A stretch of 64,000 nucleotides of DNA from Planctomycetaceae bacterium (GCA_044507535.1 JBIQJK010000008.1:1299-65298); one strand, 5' to 3'. Positions 9,558 to 19,673 are shown, counted from the first letter of the stretch. A program made the numbers and translations. The notes: generated from the letters alone by a model not told the origin.

Positions 9558-9956
9558 TCACACCACCAGCGTGTCCGGGAACGCTTCCTCGAACTCGAAG
9601 ACCTGCTTGAAGTCGTCGATCGAGTCCCGCGGGCTGGACCGCAGCTCGCCCCGGTCGATCAGGGCGTACACCAGCGTCCCGAAGTCGTCCGTCGAGCGGA
9701 CGCCCCAGTGGTTCAGCACCGTCTTCGCAAGCATCCCGTACTTCATGATCGCCAGATCGCGCATCCCCGCGCACAACTGCTGGCCGCAAACGTGCCGGCT
9801 GTCGTCGTTGGGGTCAACAGGCCCCTCGGGGAGCTTGCCATGGACCATCTTCACGGTGTGCGCCAGGCCCTCACGCACAAACTGGTACGCCTCTTGCGGG
9901 AACTGACGTGCCCGGAGCCGGACGGCGTCCCAGTCGACCTGGATCTGCTTGCTCAC
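9558..9956 (-). CDS. small conserved hypothetical protein (resembles the Planctomycetes/Verrucomicrobia-restricted TIGR04138 / Minf_1886 family, from memory)
   Basis: GTG start with AAGGAG 10 nt upstream (rc of 9967-9972). Sequence VSKQIQVDWDAVRLRARQFPQEAYQFVREGLAHTV...RHVCGQQLCAGMRDLAIMKYG...RSTDDFGTLVYALID. The longer track ORF to 10304 overlaps mpg and has an Arg/Gly-rich shadow-like N-terminus. Confidence 0.6.
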   Translation of the reverse strand: MSKQIQVDWDAVRLRARQFPQEAYQFVREGLAHTVKMVHGKLPEGPVDPNDDSRHVCGQQLCAGMRDLAIMKYGMLAKTVLNHWGVRSTDDFGTLVYALIDRGELRSSPRDSIDDFKQVFEFEEAFPDTLVV

Positions 9957-10081
9957 GTTCGCTGAACTCCTTGGATCCGCGAATCGAACCAGCCGGGGCG
10001 GACGGCCGCCCCGTGAGAGGTACTTTACCCCATATTCATACGAAAAGCCCGCCGCCAAGGTCCGAGAATATTTGGGAAAAC

Positions 10082-10672
10082 TCACCCGCTCACGTGCGGA
10101 TTTCCCGCGACAAACCACCTCAACCGAGCGTCGGCCCACTCCGCGGCCCCGCCAACGCCGATCCGGGCTGTATTCACCAAGCGCCCCGGCTCCACCGGCC
10201 CCCACCCCTCCTCCAGGTACAAACTGGGGTCCGTCGTCAGGTCGATCCCTGAAAAGTCCCGAGTAATCGCCAGCGCCTGACACAGCTTCCCCGGCCCCCC
10301 GCACAGCTCCCCCGGCCGAATCCCCCGCCCACCCGGACGTTCTCCGATCCGCCGGTTCGCCGCCATCACCCCCTGCCCCTCCTCCGGCTCCAGCGCCCGC
10401 AGCAGCACCGCCACCGGGTCCCCCTCCTCCCCCGCGGCGACGTTCATGCAGTGGTGCATCCCGTAGGTGAAGTAGACGTACGCCGTCCCCGGCGGGCCGA
10501 ACATCGGCTCCGTCCGCGCCGTCCGCCGCCCCCCGTACGAGTGCGCTGCCTTGTCCGGAACCCCCAGGTACGCCTCGGTCTCGACGATGATCCCGGACAG
10601 CCGCGTGCCGTCCGGGAGCACGCGCACCAGCCTCCGCCCGATGAGGGCCCTCGCGAGCTCCTCCGGCCCCAT
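10082..10672 (-). CDS. mpg: DNA-3-methyladenine (alkylpurine) glycosylase, Mpg/AAG family
   Basis: IVETEAYLGVPDKAAHSYGGRRTARTEPMFGPPGTAYVYFTYGMHHCMNV is the hallmark AAG-family core. An alternative upstream ATG at 10735 would overlap the ccsA stop. Confidence 0.85.
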   Translation of the reverse strand: MGPEELARALIGRRLVRVLPDGTRLSGIIVETEAYLGVPDKAAHSYGGRRTARTEPMFGPPGTAYVYFTYGMHHCMNVAAGEEGDPVAVLLRALEPEEGQGVMAANRRIGERPGGRGIRPGELCGGPGKLCQALAITRDFSGIDLTTDPSLYLEEGWGPVEPGRLVNTARIGVGGAAEWADARLRWFVAGNPHVSG

Positions 10673-10727
10673 GGCGTAGTCCGACCGCCTCAGCCGCCGC
10701 CGCCCCGTGCGCCGCCGCGTCCCCGGC

Positions 10728-12551
10728 TCAGGCATACGCGTGCAGGCCCGGCAGCAGCAGGTTCACCCCGAAGTAGCACCACAGCATCACGAAGAACCCC
10801 ACGACGCTCAGCCACGCCGTCACCAGCCCGCGGTTGCGCCCCGTGGTGAACCGCAGATGGATCACGATGAGGTACACGATCCACGTCACCAGCGCCCACA
10901 GCTCCTTGGGGTCGAACGCCCACCAGCGCCCCCAGGAGTGGTCCGCCCACCACGCCCCCAGCAGGATCCCCACCCCCAGCGCCCAGAACGCCAGCTGCAG
11001 CACGATCATCTGCGCTGTGTCCAGGTCCGACAGCACGCGGCTGATCCCCTTGGGCGCATCCTCCTCCAGCCCCAGCGCCGTCGCCGAGACGTCCACCATC
11101 GCCGCCGGCTCGTCCGCGCTCGCGCTCGTCGCGGCCGCAGCGCCGCGGACCCGGTTGGCGTAGTACGTCCCCAGGTAAAACAGGCTCGTGATGAACCCCA
11201 GCGAGATCAGCCCGTAGCTGACCAGCACCGTCGTCACGTGGTACTTCAGCAGCACCGACGTGTTCAGGATCGCCGCCTCACGCTCGATCTGCACGCCGGG
11301 GATCCCCGTCTGCGTCGCGGTGATCAGCACCATGAACCCCACCCCCGCCGCGGCCGCCCCGAAGAGGTACTGCCGCCGGACGAGCATGATCCCCAGCCCC
11401 ACCAGCGTCGCGAACAGGCTTAGCCCCGTCATCGACTCGTACTGGTTCTGGATCGCGAACCGCTCGGCGATGATGCACCTGGCCGCGAACCCCGCCCCGT
11501 GCAGCCCCACCGCCGCCAGCAGCAACCCCACCCCCAGCACCCGCAGCCACTTCCGCCCCGTGCCGAAGGCCAACAGCAGCGACACCAGCGACAGGAAGTA
11601 GAGCCAGTACCCGTACTCGAACGGGCTCGATCGGTTGTACCACGCCTCCAGCCCCCGGCGCGACCCGGGGTACATCTCGGGATTCACCGCCGGCAGCAAC
11701 TCGGCCAGCGTCGCCGCGGCCGCGTTCACGCCCGCCGCGTCCCCCGCACGCCACGCCTCGCCCAGCTCCCGCACCGCCGCGCCGATGGGCGTCTCCGGCC
11801 CCCGCGCCGACAGGTGCAGCCATTCCTGGTGCGTCGCCTCCGGGGCGATCATCATCAGGTTCTGCCACCCCTGCTCCAGGAGCGAGACCCCGGACAGAAC
11901 GTCGTTGACCGCCTTCTGCATCGACGGATCGAACGACCGCTGCTGCGTCGCCGCTCGCAGGTTCCGGGCGATCACCACCGGCTCCAGCCGACCCTGCCGC
12001 TTCCACCATTCCTGCTCGTCCGGGTCCTGGTACTGCTGCTCGATGATCGCCTCGCGCAGCGGCAGGTAGTTCACGTGCACCGCCGCCTTGTCCCGGTAGT
12101 AACCCGGGTCGATCGCCATATCGAGCATCGTGAACAGCGGGTCGTACTGGACCTTCTTCAGCCGCCGCTTCCCCCCCTCCTCGACCGGCTCGAGGTCGTA
12201 GTACGTCTTCCGACCCGCGATCGCACGGACGGTCTCGCGGGCCAGCGTGTCCAGGATCTTCACCCGCCCGTTGTGGAACACCGCCAGGTCCCGCAGCGGG
12301 TCCAGGTTCACCGCCGCGGCCAGGGCCTTCTTCTCCGCCACGCTCATCGCGCTCTCGCGCGGCCCGCCGAAGGGGTTGGCGGCGTGCGCCTCGCTCACGA
12401 GCCGCGACTCCGGGTGCGCGTTGCCCGCGGGCGCCGTCTGCGCCGCCGCGTCACCAGCGCCCACGCCCGCGAGCGCGACCACGCCGACAAGCACCAGCCT
12501 CCACACCCTCGCCAGCACGCCGGCCGCGTCCGCCCTGGTCGTCGTCGTCAT
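10728..12551 (-). CDS. ccsA: cytochrome c biogenesis protein CcsA (System II heme-handling subunit) with a large N-terminal periplasmic domain
   Basis: Tryptophan-rich heme-handling motif WWADHSWGRWWAFDPKELWALVTW. Multiple TM helices and an N-terminal signal-like segment. The start overlaps the resB stop by 4 nt. Confidence 0.85.
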   Translation of the reverse strand: MTTTTRADAAGVLARVWRLVLVGVVALAGVGAGDAAAQTAPAGNAHPESRLVSEAHAANPFGGPRESAMSVAEKKALAAAVNLDPLRDLAVFHNGRVKILDTLARETVRAIAGRKTYYDLEPVEEGGKRRLKKVQYDPLFTMLDMAIDPGYYRDKAAVHVNYLPLREAIIEQQYQDPDEQEWWKRQGRLEPVVIARNLRAATQQRSFDPSMQKAVNDVLSGVSLLEQGWQNLMMIAPEATHQEWLHLSARGPETPIGAAVRELGEAWRAGDAAGVNAAAATLAELLPAVNPEMYPGSRRGLEAWYNRSSPFEYGYWLYFLSLVSLLLAFGTGRKWLRVLGVGLLLAAVGLHGAGFAARCIIAERFAIQNQYESMTGLSLFATLVGLGIMLVRRQYLFGAAAAGVGFMVLITATQTGIPGVQIEREAAILNTSVLLKYHVTTVLVSYGLISLGFITSLFYLGTYYANRVRGAAAATSASADEPAAMVDVSATALGLEEDAPKGISRVLSDLDTAQMIVLQLAFWALGVGILLGAWWADHSWGRWWAFDPKELWALVTWIVYLIVIHLRFTTGRNRGLVTAWLSVVGFFVMLWCYFGVNLLLPGLHAYA

Positions 12552-15283
12552 CGCTCCGCTCCCGCCGGGACTCCGGCCGGCTCCCCGCCCGCGCTGCCGG
12601 CGGACTCGCCGCCGCGCCGCACGGTCTCGAGGTCACGCTTCGCCGCCGCGGCCCGCGCCGCAAGCTCCGCCTGGATCTTCTTCTTCTTCCGCCGCACCAG
12701 CCACGGCTTGAGGTAGAACGCCCACGGGATCCCCACGCACATCATCACCGCCCCCGCCGCGATCACGTAGATCCCCGGGTTGTTCCCCACCCCCAGGATC
12801 GTGAACCGCACGCTCGGATGCTCCAGGCGCCCCGCGTCCACCAGCGCCTTGGTCCGCCGCCACTGCTCCGAGTCCCACCCGCTCTGGCTGAACTTGTACT
12901 GCGTCGGCATCAGCGGCGAGAGCGCCCTGCCCAGGAAGTTCGCCAGCGCCCCGGCGTCGTCCCGCTTCTGGAACGGCACCCGCACCTTCAGCGGCGCGTT
13001 CAGGCTCGTCGGCAGCGTCCGCTGGTTGAACTCCCCGTCCCACGTCGTCAGCACCAGCAGCTCCGACCGGTAGTCCTTCGGCACGTCGCTGTGCGGGTAC
13101 GGGATCATCTCGAAATCGACCAGCTGCAGCGCCAGCCTCGGGAAGTTGTGCCGCCGCCGCCCGAACGCGACCGTGACCTCGCGCCCGTCCGGCACGCGCA
13201 CCGTCCGCACCAGCCCCGGGTCCACCCCGAGGTACTGCGAGAACGGCACCCACACCGTCTCGCTCCACCCCGTCGGGTCCCCCTTGCGGCCCACCCGCAC
13301 CGCGATCGCCGCCCTCTGGTGCACCCCGATGAACTGGTTCTCCCGCTCCCGCTCCGGCACGACCCGCGGCGCCTCCACGCTCGTCGCGTGCGCCCACCGC
13401 TCCCCCAGCCGCAGCCCCACCATCGGCGCGATCGCCAGCCTCTCCCCGCGGTCCAGCCGCTCCGTCACCACCGCGTCGCGCCCCGGCAGCCGCACGATCG
13501 CCCGCACCCCCGGCTCGCCCTCGGCCGATGCGCCCGCCTCCGGCGGCAGCTCGTCCAGATACACCTGCACCATCGACGCGTCGAGGTACCCGATGCGGAT
13601 CGCCGGGTCCGCATCCTTCCGCGTCGGCATCCCCTGCGGGGTCAGCCGCTCCAGCAGCATGTCCTGGTTGATCTCGGGGAAGCGGTGGTAGACGTACCGC
13701 GTGAACGGCCCGTCCCCCACGCCCTCCGGCGGCGTCACCCGCACCACCGCCACGCTCGATTCCGCCCCCCGGTACCCCGCGGTGATGATCGGCAGCGGCG
13801 GCCGCGGCAGCAGATCCTCCACCTCGATGATGTACCCCGTCTCCCCGACCTCGATCCGCGTCCCGCTGCCGGCCGCGAAGACCCCCCGGTACCCGGCTCC
13901 CCCATTGGCGTCCGGCACCTCGACCACCAGCCCGTGCAGGGCGTTCCCCGGCAGCCGCTCCGTCAGGTCGCGCCAGCGCGACTCGGGCATCGCCCGCGTG
14001 TACTCGATCGCGATGGCGTCCTCGATCAGCCGCAGCCGCTCCGCCGGCATCTCCGGCAGGAACCGCGACGCCGCGATAACGCTCTCCGCCGCCGGCTCCC
14101 CCGGCCCGGCGTCCGGACCCGGCAGCGAGCTCAGCAGCTCGACCCGGCGCATCGGGTTGGGCCGCTCCCCCGTCGGGACGGCCTCGCTCGCCACCCACCG
14201 CCGCTCAAGATCCGCGTAGCTCGCGTAGCCGACGACCGTGAACTCCAGGTCGTCGTCCACCACGGCCCCCGGCGGCCGGGTCTTCGCCGCGTCGGCGTCG
14301 GACTCGCCCAGCGCGCGCCGCACCATTCGACCGATCCACGACGGGCCCGCGGACCCCGGCCTCTCGACCGGGATCTCCAGCGTCCGCCCCCGGTCGTGCG
14401 CCGCGGCCTCATCGGCCATCTCCGCCACCCCCAGCACGTTCAGCCCGTAGTCGTTGTACCGCGGCAGATGCCGGATCGGCCGCTGCTCCAGCCCTCGCGC
14501 CCCGCTCCCCTGCCCCAGCCACAGCACCACGTCCGTGTTGTCGTAGAACCCCGTCTCCGTCGGCCCCGGCGTGATCCGCCCCGTTGCGTCCGGCGGGCCC
14601 GCCCGCAGCAGCACGTCCCCCTCCTGCTTCCCCGCCGCGTAGTAGATGCTGCCCAGTGCGATCACCACGATCCCCGAGTGCACCGTCAGCACCCCGATGT
14701 TCGGAAACGTGAACTCGATCCGCCGCAGCGTCGCCACCACCATGTTCAGCACGAACGTCAGCAGGATCACCCGCAGCGGCCACCACGAGTAGAACTCCAG
14801 CTCGCTCATCTCCAGCCCCGGCATCCGCCGCAGCGTCGTCGTGCTGTACCGCTCGACGAACGAGGAGAAGAGCATCACCCCCGACCCGGTCCCCGCGTCG
14901 TACCGCAGCCGCGGCCAGGCCAGCTCGTACCACCCGTACACCGACGCCGCCGCCAGGGCCCCCATCAGCAGGAACCCCGCCGCGAACCGCCCGGCGCGCC
15001 CCACCCCCGCCCCGCGCATCACCCGGGTCACCAGGACCGTCGGGATCACCGCCCCCACCATCAATGCGCCCAGCGCCGTCAGCGCATAAAGAAGGATCGT
15101 CGGCACCTTCGCCAGCAGCCCGATCGGCACGCTCGCCAGCGTCCCGTAGATACACACCAGCACCAGCAGGACCACCGCCAGCCAGATCGAGCTCAGCGCA
15201 CGGAGCACGAACTTCGCCGGCCACGCCCACTCCGGGAAGTGCTCATCATCCCACCGCTGGCTGCGGATCCACTTCTGGCTCAT
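12548..15283 (-). CDS. resB: cytochrome c biogenesis protein ResB/Ccs1 (System II)
   Basis: N-terminal TM helices, a very large soluble domain and a C-terminal TM (IYVIAAGAVMMCVGIPWAFYLKPW). Translationally coupled to ccsA (ATGA overlap). The start is taken at ATG 15283 (MSQKWIR), preceded by AAGGGG. Confidence 0.75.
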   Translation of the reverse strand: MSQKWIRSQRWDDEHFPEWAWPAKFVLRALSSIWLAVVLLVLVCIYGTLASVPIGLLAKVPTILLYALTALGALMVGAVIPTVLVTRVMRGAGVGRAGRFAAGFLLMGALAAASVYGWYELAWPRLRYDAGTGSGVMLFSSFVERYSTTTLRRMPGLEMSELEFYSWWPLRVILLTFVLNMVVATLRRIEFTFPNIGVLTVHSGIVVIALGSIYYAAGKQEGDVLLRAGPPDATGRITPGPTETGFYDNTDVVLWLGQGSGARGLEQRPIRHLPRYNDYGLNVLGVAEMADEAAAHDRGRTLEIPVERPGSAGPSWIGRMVRRALGESDADAAKTRPPGAVVDDDLEFTVVGYASYADLERRWVASEAVPTGERPNPMRRVELLSSLPGPDAGPGEPAAESVIAASRFLPEMPAERLRLIEDAIAIEYTRAMPESRWRDLTERLPGNALHGLVVEVPDANGGAGYRGVFAAGSGTRIEVGETGYIIEVEDLLPRPPLPIITAGYRGAESSVAVVRVTPPEGVGDGPFTRYVYHRFPEINQDMLLERLTPQGMPTRKDADPAIRIGYLDASMVQVYLDELPPEAGASAEGEPGVRAIVRLPGRDAVVTERLDRGERLAIAPMVGLRLGERWAHATSVEAPRVVPERERENQFIGVHQRAAIAVRVGRKGDPTGWSETVWVPFSQYLGVDPGLVRTVRVPDGREVTVAFGRRRHNFPRLALQLVDFEMIPYPHSDVPKDYRSELLVLTTWDGEFNQRTLPTSLNAPLKVRVPFQKRDDAGALANFLGRALSPLMPTQYKFSQSGWDSEQWRRTKALVDAGRLEHPSVRFTILGVGNNPGIYVIAAGAVMMCVGIPWAFYLKPWLVRRKKKKIQAELAARAAAAKRDLETVRRGGESAGSAGGEPAGVPAGAER

Positions 15284-15362
15284 CAACACCCCTTGGGATC
15301 GAGAGGCCACCGCGGCGGGCCGGCCGCACGCCAGACCCGGTGAATATTAGTCAACCCCCCAT

Positions 15363-16721
15363 TCAGGCCCCTCTTTCTTCGGCCATATCAGAAAAAATCT
15401 CGCCAGACAAGAGGCTTGGTCGCCCGGTGCCCCGCATCAACGCCCCCAGCGCATCACCCCCGCCGCTCGCCGCCGCGGCCCCCAAGTCCACCCGCACGAT
15501 ACCCGCCACCCACCCCCCGGACCGCCCTTTGAAGATGAACTCGTCCGCCGGAAGCCCGAGCGCGACGGCCCCGTGCACCGTCCCCATGCGCAGCAGCACC
15601 TCGGCCGGCGTCCCGTCCCGCGCATGGAGCAGCCGCATCTCCTCCAGCACCCCGAGCGACGGCCGCGGCCCCGGAAGGTTCACCACCGAATCCGTCCCGA
15701 GCGCCACCGGGATCCCCGCGTCGAGCATCTCCCGGTATCGGTGCGGCCCGAAATGCCCCGGCGCCCCGAAGTACGCCGACGCCCGCGGGCAGTAGACCAC
15801 GGACGTTCTCGTCCGCGCCAGCGTCTCGATCGCCGCATCGTCCGCGTCGTTCACGTGCGCCACAGTGAACCGCCGGGCCGCGAGGACCTCCGCCAAGTGC
15901 GCCACCGGGTGCAGCCCCCGCCCGATCTCCTCCAAAATCCCATCCTCCCACACCCCGACCCGCTCCAGCAGCGCCCGCTGCGGCCCCTCCGCCGCGCCGA
16001 TGAACCGCCGCTCCTCCGGGGTCTCCGCGAGGTGCGTGCACAGCGGCAGGTCGTGCCTCGCCGCGGCCTCCACCGCCCATCGGAACGCGCGCAGCCCAAC
16101 GGAGTACGACGCGTGCGGCTGTAGCCCCAACCTCGCCCGCCCCGCCTCCCCCTCCCCCGCGGCCTCGGCGAGCACCCGCCCCACCGCCTCCGTCCGGCTC
16201 TCGATCGTCTTCCCGATCGCGAAGAACTCCAGGAAGCTCACCCCCAGAAGAGGGGATTCCCTGAGCGTGCGCCACGGCGTCAGCGTCAGGCGACCCGGCG
16301 GCATCACCCCGCCGATGTCCCCCACCGCGACGACCCCGCCCGCGAGGCTCAGCTCGATCCCCTGCCGCACCGACGCGGCGACCCCCTCGTCGCCGGCCGC
16401 GCGGCGGGCGCGGATGAGGTCCACCCACGTCACGAACCCCGCCGCGGCGTCGTGCGGCTGCGGGCCGATGTGCGTCAGGTCCAGGTGCGTATGAGCGTTG
16501 ACCAGCCCGGGGATGAGGATGGAGTTCGGCAGCGAAACGATGCGCGCTGCGCCCGCCGCGGGGTGGTGCGCGACCTCGCCCGTCGCCCCCGCCGCCAGCA
16601 GCGTGGCGCGGTGAGCGATCCGCGGGTGATCGAACCGCACAAGCAGCGACCCCGGGGATGCGCACAGCCCGGCCCCGTCGGCGACGGCGCGGGCGTCAAA
16701 GCGAATCGGGGGAGGATTCAT
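15363..16721 (-). CDS. amidohydrolase-superfamily deaminase/chlorohydrolase-like protein
   Basis: The metal-binding motif LIPGLVNAHTHLDL plus ...CTHLAE... and ...LGTDS... are typical of the cytosine deaminase/chlorohydrolase subgroup. Substrate cannot be assigned. Confidence 0.8.
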   Translation of the reverse strand: MNPPPIRFDARAVADGAGLCASPGSLLVRFDHPRIAHRATLLAAGATGEVAHHPAAGAARIVSLPNSILIPGLVNAHTHLDLTHIGPQPHDAAAGFVTWVDLIRARRAAGDEGVAASVRQGIELSLAGGVVAVGDIGGVMPPGRLTLTPWRTLRESPLLGVSFLEFFAIGKTIESRTEAVGRVLAEAAGEGEAGRARLGLQPHASYSVGLRAFRWAVEAAARHDLPLCTHLAETPEERRFIGAAEGPQRALLERVGVWEDGILEEIGRGLHPVAHLAEVLAARRFTVAHVNDADDAAIETLARTRTSVVYCPRASAYFGAPGHFGPHRYREMLDAGIPVALGTDSVVNLPGPRPSLGVLEEMRLLHARDGTPAEVLLRMGTVHGAVALGLPADEFIFKGRSGGWVAGIVRVDLGAAAASGGGDALGALMRGTGRPSLLSGEIFSDMAEERGA

Positions 16722-16885
16722 GGAAGAATCGGGGCGGTTCCGATACTGTGAGGGACCGTTCACCGGTTGGCACGGTCAGGGTATGCCCCCGCCCGCCCGC
16801 CGCTTCTCTGCCCGGTCGCGCCCGTGCGGGCGACGCGGGGCCGCACGGATCACGAGCACGAGCTGAAATAGATAGGGAGTCTGCG

Positions 16886-17773
16886 ATGAGGATCAACGCG
16901 ATGAACACGGCGGGCCGTCGCAGCTGGGCCGCGCTGGCCGGTGTGGCGGCGCTGGCCGCGGCGATGGGCCTGGGCGGCTGCGACCGCCGCTCCGGCGAGC
17001 TGGTCGAGACCACCCGCGCCCTGCAGGACCGCAACGTGGCCCTCCAGCAGGAGGTCGAGTCGCTCCAGGCGGCCAACGCCTCCCTGCAGGCCTCCGTCCA
17101 GAACCGCGACCGCACCATCAGCCAGATGCAGAGCGACCGCGAGCAGCTCGCCAGCGCCAACGCCCAGCTCATGGCCCGGCTCCAGCAGCTCGACGAGGGC
17201 ATGCGGAACCTCAAGTTCGGCCAGCTCGACCCGGCCACCGACGCCGCGCTGCGCCAGCTCGCCGCCCAGTACCCGGATCTGGTGGTCTACGACTCCGACC
17301 GCGGCATGATCCGCTTCACCAGCGACCTGACCTTCGCCTCCGGCTCCGCCGACGTCACCGCCGCCGGCAAGCAGAGCCTCCAGGCCTTGGCCCGCATCCT
17401 CCAGGCCCCCGAGGCGATGGGGTACGACATCCGCATCGTCGGCCACACCGACTCGCAGCCGATCAGCTCGGGCACCGCGCAGCGCCACCCGACGAACATG
17501 CACCTCTCGGCGCACCGCGCCATCTCGGTCTTCAACGAGCTCCGCGGCATGGGCGTCGCGCCCCAGCGCGTCGAGGTCGCCGGCCGCGGCGAGTACATGC
17601 CCGCCGTCCCCAACACCGCCACCGGGAATACCCCGCAGAACCGGCGTGTGGAGATCTTCGTCGTCCGTTCCACCCGCCCGGCCGCCGGCGCGGCCGCGGC
17701 CCCGGCGACGGCTCCCGCCCCCGCCGCGGCGCCCGCCCCGGCGACCCGGCGGCAGGACGACATCATCAAGTGA
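16886..17773 (+). CDS. OmpA-family lipoprotein with an N-terminal coiled coil
   Basis: Lipobox AAMGLGGC, a heptad-like Q/L-rich segment, and an OmpA_C-like domain (FTSDLTFASGSADV...IVGHTDSQP...LSAHRAISV...NRRVEIFV). Confidence 0.85.
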   Translation: MRINAMNTAGRRSWAALAGVAALAAAMGLGGCDRRSGELVETTRALQDRNVALQQEVESLQAANASLQASVQNRDRTISQMQSDREQLASANAQLMARLQQLDEGMRNLKFGQLDPATDAALRQLAAQYPDLVVYDSDRGMIRFTSDLTFASGSADVTAAGKQSLQALARILQAPEAMGYDIRIVGHTDSQPISSGTAQRHPTNMHLSAHRAISVFNELRGMGVAPQRVEVAGRGEYMPAVPNTATGNTPQNRRVEIFVVRSTRPAAGAAAAPATAPAPAAAPAPATRRQDDIIK

Positions 17774-17811
17774 GCTTTGTACCCCGCGCGGGGGCGCGCG
17801 GAGCGACAACG

Positions 17812-17850
17812 AACGGGCCTCGGCCGAGACGCCGGGGTCCGTTTTTCATT
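17812..17850 (+). terminator. intrinsic terminator downstream of the OmpA-family gene
   Basis: A 10-bp stem (17812-17821 with 17834-17843, including two G-U pairs) followed by TTTTTCATTTT. Confidence 0.5.
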
Positions 17851-18040
17851 TTGCATGATGATCGCGAGAGCGCCGCGGGAACCTCCACGGGATCACGAGG
17901 GCGCCACGGGTGGCGGTCCTCCGCCGCCCGTGTTCCGTTCAGGAGTTTGATACGAGGAGTGCCGTCGGCGCTTCGGGAGAATGACACGGCCGGGCGAAGC
18001 GCCCAGCCGTGGCGCCCGACTCATCGCATTTCCCACTTGA

Positions 18041-18865
18041 TCAGGCCGCCACGGTGCGCCCCGGCGCGAGGGCCAGCCCGAGCCCGAGCAGCACGCCCAG
18101 GGCCGCGAACCCCGCCCCGGGGAGGTACCACCCCATCGTCCGGAAGCTGAACGCATCATCCTCGAAGCGGTACTTGGGCACCTGCAGCTTCGGGATCACG
18201 TGGAGCGCCGCCTGGTACTGCCAGGTCCGCTCCTGAAGCGGGGGGATCGCGGCGAGCTCGACCTCGTGCGGCTTGGCGTCGGCCGCGGCCGCCCGCTTGA
18301 CGAGCGACTCCTCGCCCCGGCGCGAGCGCGGGAAGCGGTACACATCGTGCGAGATCGCGCCGTCGGGCCGGAGCTCGTAGAAGCTGAACGTCCAGTCCGC
18401 CCGGCGCACCGAGCCCCAGGACTCCGGGTCGAACCCCTCGGCGGTGTGCCGGGTGACGATGATGTAGCGGGAGGGGACGGGCGCGCCGGACTCATCGACC
18501 TCGGGGGACCCGTCGCGCCGCACCGGCGTGATCGCCTGGACGGAGACCCACTCCATGTACCCGACCAGCTCGGGGACGTCGCGCGCCGGCGGGTCCTTGA
18601 CGGGGACCGCCTGCACGGCGTCGCCGTAGGTCAGCATCAGCAGCGACCGGCCCCGGTCGTCCAGGGCGTCGGTGAGCGTCACCGGGCGGCCGTGGACCTC
18701 GAGGGTGCGGGCGAGCGTCGGCTCGATCCGGTATCGCTGGAAGTCCGCCTCGCGGTTGAACCGGGCGGCGCGGACCCCCATGCCCAGCGCGCAGCCGATG
18801 AACGCGGCCAGCGAGACGACGGTGAGGATCCAGGCGAGCGTGCGGGGTGGACGTGTCGGGGTCAT
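18041..18865 (-). CDS. hypothetical protein with N- and C-terminal TM helices; last gene of the respiratory array
   Basis: N-terminal TM LAWILTVVSLAAFIGCALG and C-terminal TM GWYLPGAGFAALGVLLGLGLALA. I recognise no family. It lies 82 nt downstream of oxidase subunit IV on the same strand. Confidence 0.55.
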   Translation of the reverse strand: MTPTRPPRTLAWILTVVSLAAFIGCALGMGVRAARFNREADFQRYRIEPTLARTLEVHGRPVTLTDALDDRGRSLLMLTYGDAVQAVPVKDPPARDVPELVGYMEWVSVQAITPVRRDGSPEVDESGAPVPSRYIIVTRHTAEGFDPESWGSVRRADWTFSFYELRPDGAISHDVYRFPRSRRGEESLVKRAAAADAKPHEVELAAIPPLQERTWQYQAALHVIPKLQVPKYRFEDDAFSFRTMGWYLPGAGFAALGVLLGLGLALAPGRTVAA

Positions 18866-18947
18866 CGGGTGGTGCTTCCGCCCTCTCTCTCCCGCGTCTT
18901 CGTCGCGGCCGCGCTGTTGGGTTCACCCGGCCCGCGGGCCGGGCTGA

Positions 18948-19673
18948 TCAGTGGCCGTGGCCGTGATCGTCGTGGCCCCCCTCGGGCGCGAAGCCCGGGA
19001 GCGTCAGGCCCGTCACCGGGCGCGACTGCCAAGCGGTGGACCCCTCGAGCGCCCCCGCCGGCAGGGGGAAGCCGACGTTGCGCTTCTCGCCGTGGTCGTG
19101 CGAGCCGTGGCCGTGGGCCTTGAGCCAGGCCTCGTGCAGCGGGTGCTCGGGGTCGGAGGCGGCGGCCGCGGCCTTCGAGGTGATCGGGTTGCCCGTCCCG
19201 TCCAGCCCCGGCCCGCCGGGGATGATGTACTCCCCCTCGATGCGGTCGATGCTCCGCCGGCCCCCCAGGTCGGTCATCGTGAAGCCGAGGAAGAAGCAGA
19301 CGGTGATCAGCGTGAAGATGAACACCAGCGCGTTGAGCGGGTTGTCGTAGCGGAGCTGCATGAAGTAGAGCACCACCAGGGTCGTCTTGACCGCCGCGAT
19401 GGAGAGGGCGACGAAGACGTTGACCCACTGCGGCAGCACGACGTTGAACGACTGCATCAGCAGCGTCTCGAGCTGCGCCAGGCCGACGGTCAGCCCCGTC
19501 AGGGCCAGCAGCGCCACCAGCACGCCCAGCAGCGTGCTGGGCGCGATGATGACGTGGCCGTGGTGGTGGTGCGAGTCGGCCGCGCCCGCGGGGTAGACGT
19601 CGAGCTCGTCGCCGTTGAGCTTGGCGGGCTCGGACGGGCGGCCGGGGGCGTTCTGGTCGTGGTGGTTGGCCAT
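18948..19673 (-). CDS. caa3-type cytochrome c oxidase subunit IV-like protein with His-rich extensions
   Basis: The start ATG at 19673 (MANHHDQ) lies within track ORF 18948..20195. TM core LLGVLVALLALTGLTVGLA...VNVFVALSIAAVKTTLVVLYFMQL...ALVFIFTLITVCFFLGF. It sits directly after subunit III. His-rich segments are HHHHGH, HGHGSHDHG and a C-terminal GGHDDHGHGH. Confidence 0.7.
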   Translation of the reverse strand: MANHHDQNAPGRPSEPAKLNGDELDVYPAGAADSHHHHGHVIIAPSTLLGVLVALLALTGLTVGLAQLETLLMQSFNVVLPQWVNVFVALSIAAVKTTLVVLYFMQLRYDNPLNALVFIFTLITVCFFLGFTMTDLGGRRSIDRIEGEYIIPGGPGLDGTGNPITSKAAAAASDPEHPLHEAWLKAHGHGSHDHGEKRNVGFPLPAGALEGSTAWQSRPVTGLTLPGFAPEGGHDDHGHGH

